Shown: positions 27,004-27,092 of the stretch, piece after piece
Layout: each line of letters opens with the position of its first letter
How positions within the stretch are numbered: the stretch's first letter is position 1
From: Agathobacter rectalis
GTDB lineage: Bacteria; Verrucomicrobiota; Kiritimatiellia; RFP12; DVOR01
Assembly (NCBI GenBank): GCA_963608725.1
Contig: CAVDHG010000001.1
Coordinates: forward strand, 1 to 27,092
DNA length: 27,092 bases
Direction of reading: 5' to 3'
Position numbers and translations under genes: made by a program
The notes under the pieces: model-generated
Databases searched by the model: none
What the model was told of the DNA's origin: nothing
Seen by the model: only the letters and a program-made list of their open reading frames with translations

Positions 27004-27032
27004 AACATACCAAAGCCTCCCGCCCCTGTCAA
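27004..27032 (-). promoter_or_regulatory. Sigma70 promoter of the nusA-infB operon
   Basis: TTGACA (27032-27027), 17-nt spacer, TATGTT (27009-27004) with an extended TG. Confidence 0.8.
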
Positions 27033-27060
27033 GAGAACCGCCCTCGCTCCCTTCCCTCCT

Positions 27061-27092
27061 CCCCCCTCCGAACCGAGTTTCCCCTCTCTCCG
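27061..27092 (+). repeat. Intergenic repeat, copy E (truncated by the window end)
   Basis: C-run, then CGAAC and a full 19-bp module CGAGTTT-CCCCT-CTCTCCG, matching the first module of copies A, B, C and D2. Confidence 0.75.

Overview
GC-rich bacterial chromosomal window, mostly housekeeping genes on the minus strand. A PVC-superphylum host such as Kiritimatiellota/Lentisphaerota is a guess from gene content only. Left to right: a complete pstSCAB-phoU-phoB-phoR operon with a candidate 11-bp-periodic Pho-box array; a GT8 glycosyltransferase; a DEDDh exonuclease / PlsC-like acyltransferase / secreted esterase operon; an unusual five-gene operon (EboB/TatD-like hydrolase, membrane Ser/Thr kinase with zinc ribbons, orphan pyrK, exported DnaJ-type CxxCxGxG protein, EboC-like UbiA prenyltransferase); a CPA2 (Kef-like) antiporter on the plus strand; and nusA-infB-rbfA-truB-ribF, which lacks rimP but keeps a terminator-like leader. 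The most striking unexplained signal is a dispersed intergenic repeat family (6 copies) built from 22-bp modules (a 19-bp CG-N15-CG quasi-palindrome plus a 3-bp linker), which occupies most of the large intergenic gaps, usually just upstream of promoters. No tRNA, rRNA, CRISPR array, transposase or integrase was recognised. All calls are by eye; no database searches were run.
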